A stretch of 64,000 nt of DNA from Phoronis australis (Eukaryota; Animalia; Phoronida), in NCBI GenBank assembly GCA_002633005.1, contig NMRA01000033.1:339346-403345 (forward strand), read 5' to 3'. Of this stretch, positions 25,901-38,600 are shown piece after piece (the stretch's first letter is position 1; every line of letters starts with the position of its first letter). Under the pieces are notes generated by a model. That model saw only the letters and a program-made list of their open reading frames with translations, did no database searches and was not told the DNA's origin. The position numbers were made by a program, and so were the translations under genes.

Positions 25901-27626
25901 AATGAACTATTTTAAACAAATTTCTCTAGCTTATTAAATTTATTTTACGACAAAATCTCACTAATTCAGGACACAATATAGCAGACATTTCTTTTCATGA
26001 GAGTGCACAAAATGTATGCTTTTTTAGGTTCAAGTTGTGTTAACATGACTACCAACTGTTGATATTTTGAAAAATTGGGTCATCAACAACAAATGGAAAA
26101 ACAATTATTTTTCCAAGAATTGGCACGATAATATGTATTGCTGCTTAATTGAAATCGAATAATTTCTTTTTTTCTGTAAGGTATGTTTTTCCTCTTTGGG
26201 TCCATCATGGAGTTACCTTAAGCTTTACAAACTTTTTAATTTCTTTGCATGACATTCCCCAAAAAACTGACTTAGCCCAACATTCTTCATAAAGCTGTTA
26301 TCTTATCGCCATCAGAGAGCATGGGGGAATTGGAGAGAGAAAGTGGCAATGACTGAGGGCCGGAGTTCAAACAAAGCTGAACTCCATTCAGTGCCCACTC
26401 TCCATCATTTTGCCTTAACATGGTCCGATACTATGTGGCGGAGATAATAAAGTTGTTCACATTCATCAGTCATACACATGTGTTCAGTAAGTGAGTATTA
26501 ACAAAGTTACTTTGGATTAAATGTGATGTTTATGATTTGCTTATTTTTGTAACTAAGAAGATTATCCATGTTTTATTTGTAGAAGTTAGTTTCTGGAAAC
26601 AGTTTTGTTGTGAGTTATTTTGCCTTCAGCTTACAAATTTTGTGAATTGATTTTAAGATTGAAATTCGTAACCAAAAATGAAATCCGCCATAAATTAAAA
26701 GGGTGTCAGGTCGTCAGATTTCTACATTTGGCTGTCTACCAACTTGCATGTGGTCCTTTCTCAACTTTGCCTATGTTACCTTCTGCGATCATGATCCAAT
26801 TTGCAAATTAAAGTGGGGAAGGGCACTCGCATAGGTGGCGTGCTGCTCTAAGATGTGCAACTTTTTCGCCACCACATTCCCCTCGAAAGGCTTTTTTCTA
26901 ATCAATTCCTACGAAATGGTTCACTTTTTGGAAGGAGCTCTACAAAGCCTGTCCGTCTTAACAGAAAAGATATACTTTCATGGAATTTTATTCATTTTAT
27001 TTACTTCTAAGCATTTTAAAGAATGTAAAACCCATACTTAAGGCTTATTATGTTGTGGAGTGACTTCAATAAAAGTTCCCAAAAATGAATTCCTTTTAAG
27101 CTCTGTCTGCAACTGATCAGAGTTTGTACTAGACAGGTATGGCATATTCATTCAACCTTCTGCAACTTCTCTTGCTAATCTTGTAAAAAAACCTTGATCT
27201 ATGAGTTTCCCTGTCATAAAGTGGCCAGAATAAGTGAATCTGGACAAATACAATAAAATCACCCTCCTGTTGCATTAGCTATAACAGTGTATCTGCAGTG
27301 TCAACTGACGCAGATATCTTCTTGACATAAATATGAGACATTTTATTTACCCTGGGATTTGATCAACTTGTCACGCAAAACGAGGTTGATTGGTTTTCCT
27401 GCTAATATCAACTTGATAATTACCAAGCGAAATGACTGTTCCCTGATCCAAAGCAAACATAGCAGATCAGAAAGTATGCCACCCCCATGTACCGGACTAA
27501 TGTCAGCGTTAACGCCCTTATCCTGCTTTTACTTGCTCCCCAACCCCCAGATTTTTGGTCCCCCAATATAAGTGTCCTGGGTGTAAGCTCAGATCAGCAG
27601 GGCACTGATGTATCATGTAAACTGAC

Positions 27627-27803
27627 CTGATAGGGATGAATGTCGGGAAATAGAAATGTTGAAACGCACTCTGCGGCAACCTGTGTATGTCCTGTTTATA
27701 AGAGATCAGTCTGTGGCAGTCAATCGCGGCTCGCACATTTTCACTGAGTAAAATACAGTCGCCTTCTTCCTTTTGTTGTCCAAAAACTGCAGCGGGATCT
27801 GAT
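27627..27803 (-). other. Candidate internal exon (177 nt, phase 2-2, one open frame)
   Basis: ttttcag|ATCAGATCCC...CCCTATCAG|gtcagt. Open frame SDPAAVFGQQKEEGDCILLSENVRAAIDCHRLISYKQDIHRLPQSAFQHFYFPTFIPI; no domain recognised. Confidence 0.3.
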
Positions 27804-28486
27804 CTGAAAAGTTGGTTTTTGTTATGGAAATCTGGTAATTTGTCATTGGATACTAAAAAGTTGCCTTATTGAAGATTTATATTGAAAAATTGCAAGCTTT
27901 GTATAACATGTTATAGACAACCTGTTCACTGCCATCAATGTGAGCTTGTGAATTCAATTCCGCATTGGGTTTGATCTCACAGAAGCACTTATCTCTTGCT
28001 AATAATGACGCCTTAAATAGAGAAAACACACATCTTGTAGAGATAGATGCTAAACAAAGTGGGTTTTAAATGATATTTAAAATTGGAGAGGGGGTTAGAT
28101 GAAATTGGTTGCTAGTTACGCAAAAGGAATGGTAGGAGAGAGTGGGGCACTATGAGCTCAAGGTGCCCCACTTTCTCCTACCCCCACAGCCTATATACCT
28201 GATTAATGTATGTCCAAAATAAAAATATGTAAAAGGAGCACGTCATTCAATGACTTACACAAATTATCCAACAAATTGATATTTATGAACAAAAAACTTT
28301 AAATTTCACTGGTGCTGGATTTGAATTAAACAGATAACTGCCACTGTTGGAAGACGAAGTATGAATAACCATAGACATTAAACACAAATGTTTTCACTGT
28401 TATGTAATCCTTATACCTCAGTTGTGAAATATGTATACTACGCATCTAAAAAACGGAACAGTATGTGTATTGCTGACTAGTGTTCA

Positions 28487-28750
28487 TAGCACTCCAATGA
28501 TCTTATTTGTTTGTTTGTTGCACTTGGGCTGATGGTCATGTGTACAAATCAATAAAGGAAAGAATGCACAAATGTAATTATCGCTGTGATGTCGCTATTT
28601 CCCCTAATAGTTGTTTGATAGCACTCCAATGATCTTATTTGTTTGTTTGTTGCACTTGGGCTGATGGCCATGTGTACAAATAAATAAAGGAAAGAATGCA
28701 CAAATGTAATTATCGCTGTGATGTCGCTATTTCCCCTAATAGTTGTTTGA
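28487..28750. repeat. Recent 132-bp tandem duplication
   Basis: 28487-28618 and 28619-28750 differ at two positions by my reading. Confidence 0.92.
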
Positions 28751-29139
28751 GTTTGGATTGTTTTGATTGTTTAAAGCTATGTACTAATGCATCTTCAAAA
28801 TCGGTTGGAATGCATACAAGATGGTACAATAGTTAAGCCTGTGCGCAATATTCCACAGAGGGTTGTAGTTGATAGTTGTGCCTGGGTATTGCTATTACTG
28901 GCTTTAAAGGTGCATTATTGTCGTCTGAAAAATGCTTTTTGGGATTATCCTTGAAGTGTATGGATGGATTTCATGAAGTTATTTGCTTTCACCAGAACTA
29001 TAAAACAGGAAAGTCAGTTGTTTTTTTATTTTATTCCTAACCGCCAATTCTTGCCATTGTCTGTCAGACTTTTTCTGAAATCAAGGCCGGTCTCTATACC
29101 GCTATCTAACTACGCTTAAAATACTGTGGTACCTATCAC

Positions 29140-29210
29140 GTTGATTTGGCTCAGTGGCAGAGCATGGGACTGCTTCTGAGAAAATAGTGGCTTTGATTCC
29201 ATGCCACTGC
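29140..29210 (+). other. Degenerate tRNA-derived SINE head
   Basis: A box TGGCTCAGTGG (29147) and degenerate B box GGCTTTGATTCC (29189). Confidence 0.45.
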
Positions 29211-29834
29211 TAATTAATATGCAATACTTTTCTGTTCCTTAAAGCCCACCGGTTTTGCTCATGCAGGTGCTTGTCATGCCAGGAGGTTTAGTTACTGAAA
29301 GTTAATTACTCGTTTTACCTGGCCAGTCATTGCTGCTAATTTCATTTTAATTAACATAGCTGACTGGTGTTTTGCAGTGACTTAAAAAAGCTGGTCTTAT
29401 TATATACAAAGTGTTCAATGTACTCTTATGCACTTTGTAAGTTCTGAAGGTCAGAACTGGTGTTGTGCGGTGACCTGAAACTTACTAAACCTGGTCTGAA
29501 GCAGAAACCAAAACAGCTGTTATTTCTTTCTGAGCTCAGAGATCACTTCTAAGCTGAATGAAGAATTAGATGAGGGCATTTTGATAACAGTTAGTTGGTT
29601 TTTGACAAAAAGCTTGTGTTTAATAATGCCACTTTTTAACTTTTTTTGTGTGAAAACACCATCTTCCATTAAAAGTGTTTCCTTGTTGTAGATCATTAAG
29701 TGCTCCCACTTGGGCATTGTGTGGGAGTAATAATATCACTCAGGTAAGTGTTGGGGTACACAAGTCAAGTCACCCCATTGTGTTGCTCTGAGAGGCAGGT
29801 CACACAATGGGACACTTTCAGAAAGCAAGAGGCA

Positions 29835-29967
29835 AGGGCAGCGCACCATAGGGGGCTACAGCCCTCCCCACTTTTTCCAGTGCTCCGGCGCCCATGGTCT
29901 ACGGGTGGCACACAACAGGAGGGCTGGTGGGCTATAGCCCCATTTTTTCAATGCTGCGCCACCCATG
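29835..29967. mobile_element. Small TIR MITE, related to 40482-40597
   Basis: GGGCAGCGCACCATAGGGGGCT...GCTGCGCCACCCATG is the reverse complement of the 40482 copy. Confidence 0.7.
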
Positions 29968-31456
29968 AGGGGGCTGATCACATGGGACCGCCCCTGTGTT
30001 GCTCAGGCAGGTTACATTATGGGACATTTTCAGGAAGCAATGGGAGCTGATCACCAGGGAGCCGACTGACTTCTATCGTGATTTTAACCAGAAGTTACTT
30101 GGTCTTCACAGCCGATTGCATATGGGAACACTTTGACTTTGTGAAAAGACCCTTTTACAGTGTATGTGATTACACGGAACTGTGCCTCCTCGTCCTCAAA
30201 AGGTCACTGGTATCCCATCCATGTGACCACATACCAAGTTGCAATTTGAAAGTCTCTCACTGAAGTTGGGATATACCAACAAACCAACAGCAGCTGCAAT
30301 GTGCATTATTTTTCCTTTCTTTTGTTGTAGCTAACCTGAAAGTTCAATTTTCAATGATTGCTTTATTTTTATAGTCAGCAGTGTCTAAATTGGGGTAGGG
30401 GAGAATGTTGCCCTGACCCTATCTCTGTTCCCAATTCCCTGAGCAAAAGAAGCCAGTCATCAAAGTTCAGCTGCTGTTGTAAGTGCATATGTAATCTCAA
30501 GGGGTAAGAGACATTTACTGTAGTAAAGCTGGTTGATAAATGAGATGCAGTGCCTAAGGAAACCATTTCCGCCTTCATCTATGGTGATGTTACATATAAT
30601 TCTATACTTGGAGTCTACCGTACACATGCCAACAACTTTGATGTCAGGATATTTGGATGCTCACTTAGTAGGGCAATTCTCCACTTATTTTGCACAAAAA
30701 TAATTACCAAAACTGACCTTTTTCATTTTTCTGAGGCTAATTACATTTGATTCAAGCAATGGGAACATAACCAAGTGTTGTTCTATGCCATCTACATAGT
30801 GCAACCATGCTAGTGTTCAACTAAATTTTTTCAATCTTTGTTTTTATGGATAATTTTTGATAAAATAAAGTTTCAAACGTCGGCCATATTGTGCACTAAA
30901 TAGGCAAGAAATTTCTGTGAGTATTTACTAGGATGTTTTCATGCGATTTCAGCTCTGGTGCAACAATAATTTCAGAACGGGGTGGTTGTATTGTTGATTT
31001 TTACCAGTGGTGATGTTATATTGCTTTTTTATGGAGGTAGGGCTACTAAATTACACCCCTCCGCCAGGTCTGTCTTACGCAATAATGTTTTATAGCCTGC
31101 AAATTATTTCTTAACAATCTTGAGCATCAATAAGATTCTGAAAAGGCCTTAATTAGCTTATCAGCTTAGGATTATTTTCAGGTAACTCAAAATAATTCTG
31201 ATTATAATTTACTCCTACTTAGGGAGTTCGAAAGCTATGCTTCCGTACCAAAGCTTTTGAGCAGACATTAGGAATACAAGAGAATTAACATTATATTTCT
31301 TAATATACCTCGTTCACTAACTGACTAAGATGCTAGCCGTTTTCGCTAGCACCTTCACTTTTTAGCAAAAATGGCAGTCGCATGAACGGTTGCAAGTGTC
31401 ACTTATACTGTGCCTTTACTGGTGATTTGAGTTACCCCCAAACTGCTGGCGATTTC

Positions 31457-32943
31457 GCTCATGCTATGAACATTCCCACTAAATAAAATTGGTTCTAACC
31501 CCGGTGTTTAAGGTAAACGGCGGGGTATGGAAAATTGAACTAGACCGTATTTATCCACCTTGGCTGAGACGCGCTCGGCTCATGCTCAAAGGGATGCCGC
31601 CAAGCTGCTCTATTCATCGAGTCACGAGCGAGGATAATTGACTTCGCTCATGCGGATATGATCAGCTGATTACAGTCTAGCCTAACAACTGTACTTTTTA
31701 TGGAGAGAATTTTACGTAGTTTTTACTGTAATATTTGAAAAGAGGAGCGAAAACAAATACGAATACAACTTTGAATTTTTCAAATCGGCCCAGGATAAGA
31801 GATTTTGCAACACAGAAACACTCACGATTACTTTCATTCGGCGCGCACGAATACAAAAATATAGGACCCAAGTTAGGATTGTATAAATGTAGAACTACTC
31901 CGTGTGTTATTTAGGTTTTGGAAAAAATGCATTTTAATACTCAAAATACGTTTTGTATAGCTATTACAAGCTCTAAAACGACTTTGTGTAATTTCATTGA
32001 GATCGTTCTTTGTCATCCGTCAAACCGGAAACTTCCGAGATGTGACTCTGCGAGCGCACTCACCTTGCACGTTACAGCCGTTTAAGTGAAAAACAATCTA
32101 GTAAACGCCATTTTCTTGCATAATCCTCCGCCTTTTGTAACAAAAAAGTCTATCGTCGATGACCCGCACACGCACGCTCACTCACTCTCATACGCAGACG
32201 ACCTTCAAAACAAACGTCACGTGACAACAACATGTGTGTTCATCCAGAGATTTTTCTCGTGTTGTGGAGTACGATGTAGCGCACATTTGGACTTAATCGC
32301 AATTAATCTGGACTCCACAGGAACTTTAAAAATTGTAAAACATCAGGAAGATTTCAGGTAATTTGTTGAGTCGAAACTATATTTTTATTCAAGAGTACAA
32401 GTTTTCCTATTGACGATCGCGATTCAGCGACGCATCAGTCGGCAAGTTTTCGCCCTGTGATGAGCACAATTTTTTGAAAAATTATCGTAATTTAACAACG
32501 GAAGTTGATAGCAATGCACCACAATTTTGTAGAAAGGCTGTCATAGGCTACAAATACGTCACAGAGCGTAAATTTGATGAATCCTAGCTTCCGATTTTAC
32601 CCGTTTGGGAAACCGGGTTTCAACTGCCGTAGGCTCACTACAATAAGCTTCCCCTCCCCGTGAAATGAATTTTTCTAAGCGTTTGTTTGAGCCAATACAG
32701 TATACAGCTTTCCACCAAGGCTAGGTGATGCAAGACATTATTACTTGTTCTTTGTTGCATTATAGTAACTGGTCTTGGCTAATTATCATTTTATGGCCTG
32801 GTCATCCATTCAGCCCAAAGTAGTTCCAGAGGTGGCTTATCAGCCAATTATTCACGCATGCTGACTCACAATAGAAGCCTGATAAGAGTGAAGGTGGATA
32901 AATGCCGTGTTCCTACAGTTTCTTGTTTTAGTGGATGTGTTCA
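31457..32943 (+). repeat. ~1.5-kb dispersed repeat, copy 1 (inverted partner at 57049-58789)
   Basis: Collinear reverse-complement similarity across its length, e.g. CATGCTATGAACA, ATTAATCTGGACTCCAC, CCGTTTGGGAAACCGG and GTGGATGTGTTCA. ORFs 32086..32361(+) and 57618..57824(-) are near-identical. Confidence 0.92.
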
Positions 32944-35117
32944 CAGACATGCTTGCACCTCTGTACCAGGACCGCTTACTTCTACGGACACATAGGTGTG
33001 TAGGGGTAAGGGGCCTTCGTTCCTTGCAATATTCAAGTGAGCATGTTTTGACATAAATTTTGAGTTAAAAATATTTGGGTGGTGAGAAAGCAAACACTGT
33101 AACTGTTGGCGAAACTGAACAGCTCAATTCTGCCAGGCTTAACCACTAGCAAAAATGCCGAGGTTTTAGCCAATGAATCTGCTAACGTTTCCATCGCTCA
33201 CATGAACCTTAGAATTTGTTGAATGAGATAGTCTGATTGCTGGAGTTAAACTAATTATTATATATTGTGATGCATCAAAAAATCTTCATTGATTGATTTC
33301 ATCTAATATCTGCAGTCTTTTGTAGTTCTTATGTAGTTAGGCCACGTTTTAATATTGGCTAGCAAAATAATTGTGTAATCTATTATAAGGTTTGATTTTT
33401 GTCCATCATCTCAGTGATATTAAGGATAAACATGCTTGAGAGATGAATCAATGACAACAGAATCAAAATGAACACAGGGAAGTGTATATCCTGTGTCATT
33501 CTTTGGATTCATATTTTTGTGGTGCTAAACATACTATTCATCCTGGTTAATGTTTCCTTAGAAACTGCCCATTTCCTGACACAAACTTAGTTAATAGATC
33601 TGAACAAGAACAATTACTGCTGACATCATCTATTCTGATTGGAGCACTGATTGAAGTGTGCAAAGCAGGGCATCCTGTGGCACCAACAATGACTTTACAA
33701 CAATAAGGAACTGGCTGAAATAAATTAGAATATCTAAAATTAAAATTAAAATTAGTAATTTTTAATTGTTTGACTTTTACAATTGAATTGTGTGTGATAA
33801 ATTAGGTTGTGACCATTTTCCCTGAAGAAATATTAAAAAATTGACCAAAAAATATACGGTAAATCTCCACAGATCAAGTGGAATGTATTTTTCTCTTAGT
33901 CAGAGTGTGCCAAATAAACTGAATGTAAGGACTTCGTAATTGACGGGTATGAGAAATGGAGTAGCCAAGCTTTGCCAACTACCTACAGGTTGCCAACACC
34001 ATCCAACTAGAGATACTTTATCCTGTTCCAGTAGAAAAGTATTTTACGCCATTGTTGTTGAAACATTTTTGAGCCTATGAATCTGAGTTACACGACACTC
34101 ATCCAGATCGTGACTGTCACTTCATGTTTACAACAGCATAAGATACGAATATGCAGTGTTCAGACCATATTAACACAAGTTTACAATGGTGTATAGGTTA
34201 TTACCAGGATTAATAAGGGGACTTTGCGTTGATATTTTCCAGGGAAGTGCAAAACTGACTATGTGAAACAGGTGAGACAAAAAATTCCCACCTGAAGTAG
34301 CTTCGTGCGAAATAAGCGAGGGACAAACGTTATTTTTCCAAATAATTTTGGATGCGTGAGATGGGCTGAATGTGCGAAATGAGTGGAGAATTACCGCAAC
34401 TGGATTTAGTTTGCTGACCATTTTTTCAATCAGGACAGACCTTTTCACCTTAAAATATTCATTGTGGTATATAATTAACATGTGACTGCGTGTGAAGCAA
34501 ACGACTGCGCAAACAGTTAACAATTAACAGCAGGAAGCTGGCAACTTTATTAAGAAGTACTAATTAATTCTTCACGATTTTAGCACACGGTACGGAGGTA
34601 TAGTGACATTTTATTTTGTCAAATTAATCGGCAAAGGTAAAGATAAAGAAAATTCTATTTCATTTTTAGCTTGGTTTGTACTGTGTAGATGTCATCAAAT
34701 AAAATGGTAAATTCTTGATTATTCGTAGGGAAGTAATCGCCTTTGAACATTAGAAAAATTACAATCCATGCGAACTAAGTGTAGAATTACCGTAATCAAT
34801 CAATATCATTGGGCAAGTCATGATAATCAAATATTAAGAAATTAAATTAATCGATGAGCTGTGGAATGCTATTAATTTTCCCATGTGTAACGTCACCCTC
34901 AGTCGCAAAGGGGTCAGTTACTCATTGTCATAATCAATAATATTATTTTGTCAGTAGCACTTCGTGATTAGGTTGAAGTACCAGCTTGGTCATTAACCTC
35001 ACTCACAGTTCATTTTATTATCACAAATGAACGGTTACATTCAATTGACTCAGTTATCCCTAAGTGCCTGGGTAGGAGAATGAATGTAAGGCCAATGACA
35101 TTTTTATGAATAGTAAT

Positions 35118-35390
35118 TACCGTAAACGTTTGGGTTAACGCCCATGCTCACTTAACCGCCCATCCCTTACTTTAGGTGGATTTTCGATTTAACCGCCAAC
35201 TGCTCGGTTAACCGCCCCTCTGCGATTTTTGGAGATTTCCAATTAAGCGCCCACCTCTCGGTTAAGCGCCCACCTCTCGGTTAAGCGCCCACCTCTCGGT
35301 TAAGCGCCCACCTCTCGGTTAAGCGCCCACCTCTCGGTTAAGCGCCCATCTCCGATTTTTGAAGATTGATGATTACGCGCCCAGTGCTAA
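35118..35390. mobile_element. Tc2-like MITE fragment with a 19-bp tandem array
   Basis: TACCGTAAACGTTTGGGTTAACGCCC end; five perfect TTAAGCGCCCACCTCTCGG units at 35243-35337 plus a partial sixth. Confidence 0.8.
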
Positions 35391-35564
35391 GGAAATGCGC
35401 GATTACCCATTTTTAGATAAAAATCCATGATAACAAAGAGTGCAACGACAGCGTCGGAGAGGGTGGTTTGGTAATGTGAATAATGATACAAGTAATAATT
35501 ATTGTCCCGAGTCAAAATGTAATACCTCGAATGCTTTGTCACTTTATTTTCTTCTCTTGCTCAC

Positions 35565-35615
35565 AAATTTAAGTTTAAGAACCACGCCCGCATCTATACC
35601 ACCACTTTCAGCCAT
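35565..35615 (-). CDS. Candidate first coding exon MAESGGIDAGVVLKLKF (product unknown)
   Basis: agcATGG start context, 17 codons, then donor TTT|gtgagc. It sits at the edge of a CpG-rich, promoter-like stretch. No homology recognised. Confidence 0.35.
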
Positions 35616-35639
35616 GCTGTCTGCCGCACTGAGTTTCCG

Positions 35640-36110
35640 TCTGCAGTGCACTAGATAAAACGTATATTCGAAATAATCAAGCCAGAGAAATGCCCTGACA
35701 GTGGTTTTGCCAACCCTCTCAATGACCTTTAGGTTGGAAGTTCTCGGATTTTTAAGAAGTCCCATAACTCACAAAAAGGTGTGAAATTCTCCGTATTTTG
35801 ATGAATATAATTGCCAGGTTATCGAGTATGTCCGTCTTTCGAGTACAGGCGTGCGTGAGTAATGCCAGGACGTAGCTAAAATGTAGACAAAGTCATGTGT
35901 TTTTATTCAAAATACACGGCAATATCTCACGTAATCTCGCGAAGTATTGCTTTTTAGAGTGGTCCTAGTGTTACTGAATGGGAGGCTGGTAAAGACGCGT
36001 TGCTGGTTAGATCTCGTCAATAGTCGCATAGCTAACCAGGGCTGCTGATTACCGGAATAATTGGGATTTTATCTATAAATTATTTTTACCGCCGCCGTGT
36101 GTGTACGAAC
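35640..36110. promoter_or_regulatory. CpG-enriched promoter-like region
   Basis: Locally more CpG than the flanks by eye; TCTCGCGA (BANP/CGCG-type motif) at 35935-35942; adjacent to the candidate ATG exon. Confidence 0.35.
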
Positions 36111-36986
36111 TAATTATCCCTCGGACTCCAGTCAAAGTCATTAGTATTTAAATAAAATTTTAAGCAAATACATGCTCTTGACTCCGTTGCGTAACTATGT
36201 TTTGATTGACAACTGCCTGGAGTTCAGTGTCGTGGTTTTCTCAGGAATTTCCACCGACTGGAAAATGAAGCGAGGCGTTCTGGTTCGGTCTGTCACGACC
36301 AAAATGCGTTATGAGGAAACATTCGCATGACCTAAAAAGCAAATAGAACATTGACATATTGTTGAACTGATTTATGCATGGCATATTGTCACAGTTTTGA
36401 AACTCGGGTAACAACACCACAAAGGAGTTGAAAAGTAGATGTAGGAAAATGACACAATTATCTAATTTGAAAGATTAACAGGTGTATCAACTTGCCATTT
36501 CGCACCTTAGACCTGCAGTGAATTCAGAAAAAAATTGACACAGATTTGCCTGTGGACCATCTTACAGGTCTGTCATCAGTCTGTGCATTTTTGCTTCCAT
36601 GATTGATTCAGTATTTTATATCAAGTGAACAAAAAATGTTAATCGAATTCTCGATCCTACAATTCCTTGTAAACTGGCGAAAACAAAACAGCACGACAGT
36701 GAAGCAGTTGTGTAACTTGTTTATCTCAAAGCATAGTATAAGGACATAATTTTCGAAGGAAATGTCTATACATTATGTGTGGAGGCTCTTAATCATTTTT
36801 TTTACTCCCCCCCCACACCCCCGAATGCCAAAACACCAGACTCTGTAACCAGAATAGAATAAATTAGCAGTGATTCCCCATTTGTTAAGCAATCAATCAC
36901 TTCCATTCAGTCCATAGTTCTATCACGTGTAATTAAGAAAACCAACTCCACCAAACCAAGGGTTATACCCTATAAAATGAACAAAA

Positions 36987-37782
36987 GGAATCGTTCTGAA
37001 ACCCCCTCGACCCACAACCCCCACGACCCTCGACCCAGAACCCTGTCAACCCAGTCTACACAAGCTCAACTTGACCTGAATATAAAACAAGCACTAACTT
37101 GAAGGACCAATGAGTTGGGCTGTGAATTCAGCTAGCTTTTCCGGTTTTTTTTTTGCAATTAAGGCAGTCGATTCGGCAATTTTGAAAGCCAAAAACAGAA
37201 AAAATGTGATCAAATCAAAGACCTACCAACCTTACAAATGTCGTTCCCGGCAGAGTGTAATCGTCAAGTCTACTCTTCAGTGAATTGCAGAGTGCGAGGA
37301 ACTGACAAAACTGCAATTTCACCAGTAAATACAGTTTGAAAAAACAAACTGTTAACTAAAAAGTATTTCAAGATTAAATGGAGTGTATTGTAAACGAGTA
37401 TACAATATAAAGCAAATGATAAAAATATTAAATAATGTACATCCACATTAAGACTCTCTCTACCTAGGTTTATTAGAACTGTGCCATTGATAGCCGCTCG
37501 TAGAACTGTGCTGCGCATTAAGTTGACTTGAGCGATACAGGGATGACGATAACGCGCTCACAGTGCGATAGCGCTCTCACGTCACTTTCTGTTTTCAATC
37601 ACCAGATTTCAGCCAGAGCAGACTCGCCTGTAGGTGTGTCTTGTGGGAAAATTGCCCAGACCCAGAGAGGTAATAAGATTAATTATGAAATATGTAAAAA
37701 GCGTACAGATACCTCTATTGCCACAGGTCGTGGGTTGAGGGGTGTGGGGGTTGAAGGTATCGAGGGGGTTTCAGTACAATCC
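36987..37782. mobile_element. GG-terminated TIR element with 8-bp TSD (Merlin- or Mutator-like MITE)
   Basis: GGAATCGTTCTGAAACCCCCTCGA...TCGAGGGGGTTTCAGTACAATCC; flanks GAACAAAA / GAACCAAA match 7 of 8. Confidence 0.75.
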
Positions 37783-37938
37783 GAACCAAAGCACTGGTGT
37801 TCAAAGAACGCACTGCATGGGGCATTTAATTGAAATTAAGTATTTTAGATTAATTATTTTCTTTGTTTTTCAACCAATTCATCTAATACCTAAACTGCTT
37901 TCTCTGACTTGTTTGAAAACTTGAAATCACATTGTTTT

Positions 37939-37952
37939 GTAACCATGGCAAC
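37939..37952. promoter_or_regulatory. RFX X-box motif
   Basis: GTAACCATGGCAAC fits the X-box consensus GTNRCCATGGYAAC. Confidence 0.5.
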
Positions 37953-38600
37953 TAAACCACATCTTTCTAATTCCCCAAGTACCTATTCTAAATCTCAAGG
38001 AAATTGTTGAAACATTAAAAGCACACACAGTATGTGGCCACCCAGGTAACCTTTTGTGCAATAAGGGAAAGTACTCCTGAACTTGAGCAATGCATTATGG
38101 AACAGGGAGTTTCTTATTTTTGTCATTACAATTTCAGTGGAAGCACTGGTAACCCCAATGCTATTTTCCAATTCATCCATGCCTGAAATTATTGAGTAGA
38201 GTGAACTTCTGCTTTTTACCAACATCACAAATCCAATATCATCGAAAACAAGGAAAGACAGATTCATGATTAATTGATTATCCCGAATGACATGAAATTA
38301 GTGACCACCATATGACATTTACGTTTGTCATCACTTCCTCATTTATAGTTCAGCCGACGCATTCAATTGGCATAATACAGCAAAAAATGGACAGAGTAGT
38401 AAGGCAATTAAATTATTAGCCCACATCCAGTGGTAAATTAAATAAAAATCAACCAATTCAGAATTGCAAAATGATGACATACGTGTTGAATCAAATTCAT
38501 CAAATACGTTATACCATAAACACCATGGAGGGAGGGTGCTTAACCCAGAGATCTCCACAAAAATTTGAAATTTTAAGAAATTGGGTATGGGAGCTCAACT

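Noticed and set aside
32086-32361. ORF containing YADD (RT-like motif)
   Set aside because: There are no other RT motifs around it, and the second copy reads YADE. It is a chance motif in a non-coding repeat.
35243-35348. CRISPR-like array (also considered for 24456-24842 and 38691-40080)
   Set aside because: The units are head-to-tail with no unique spacers, there are no cas genes, and the context is eukaryotic.
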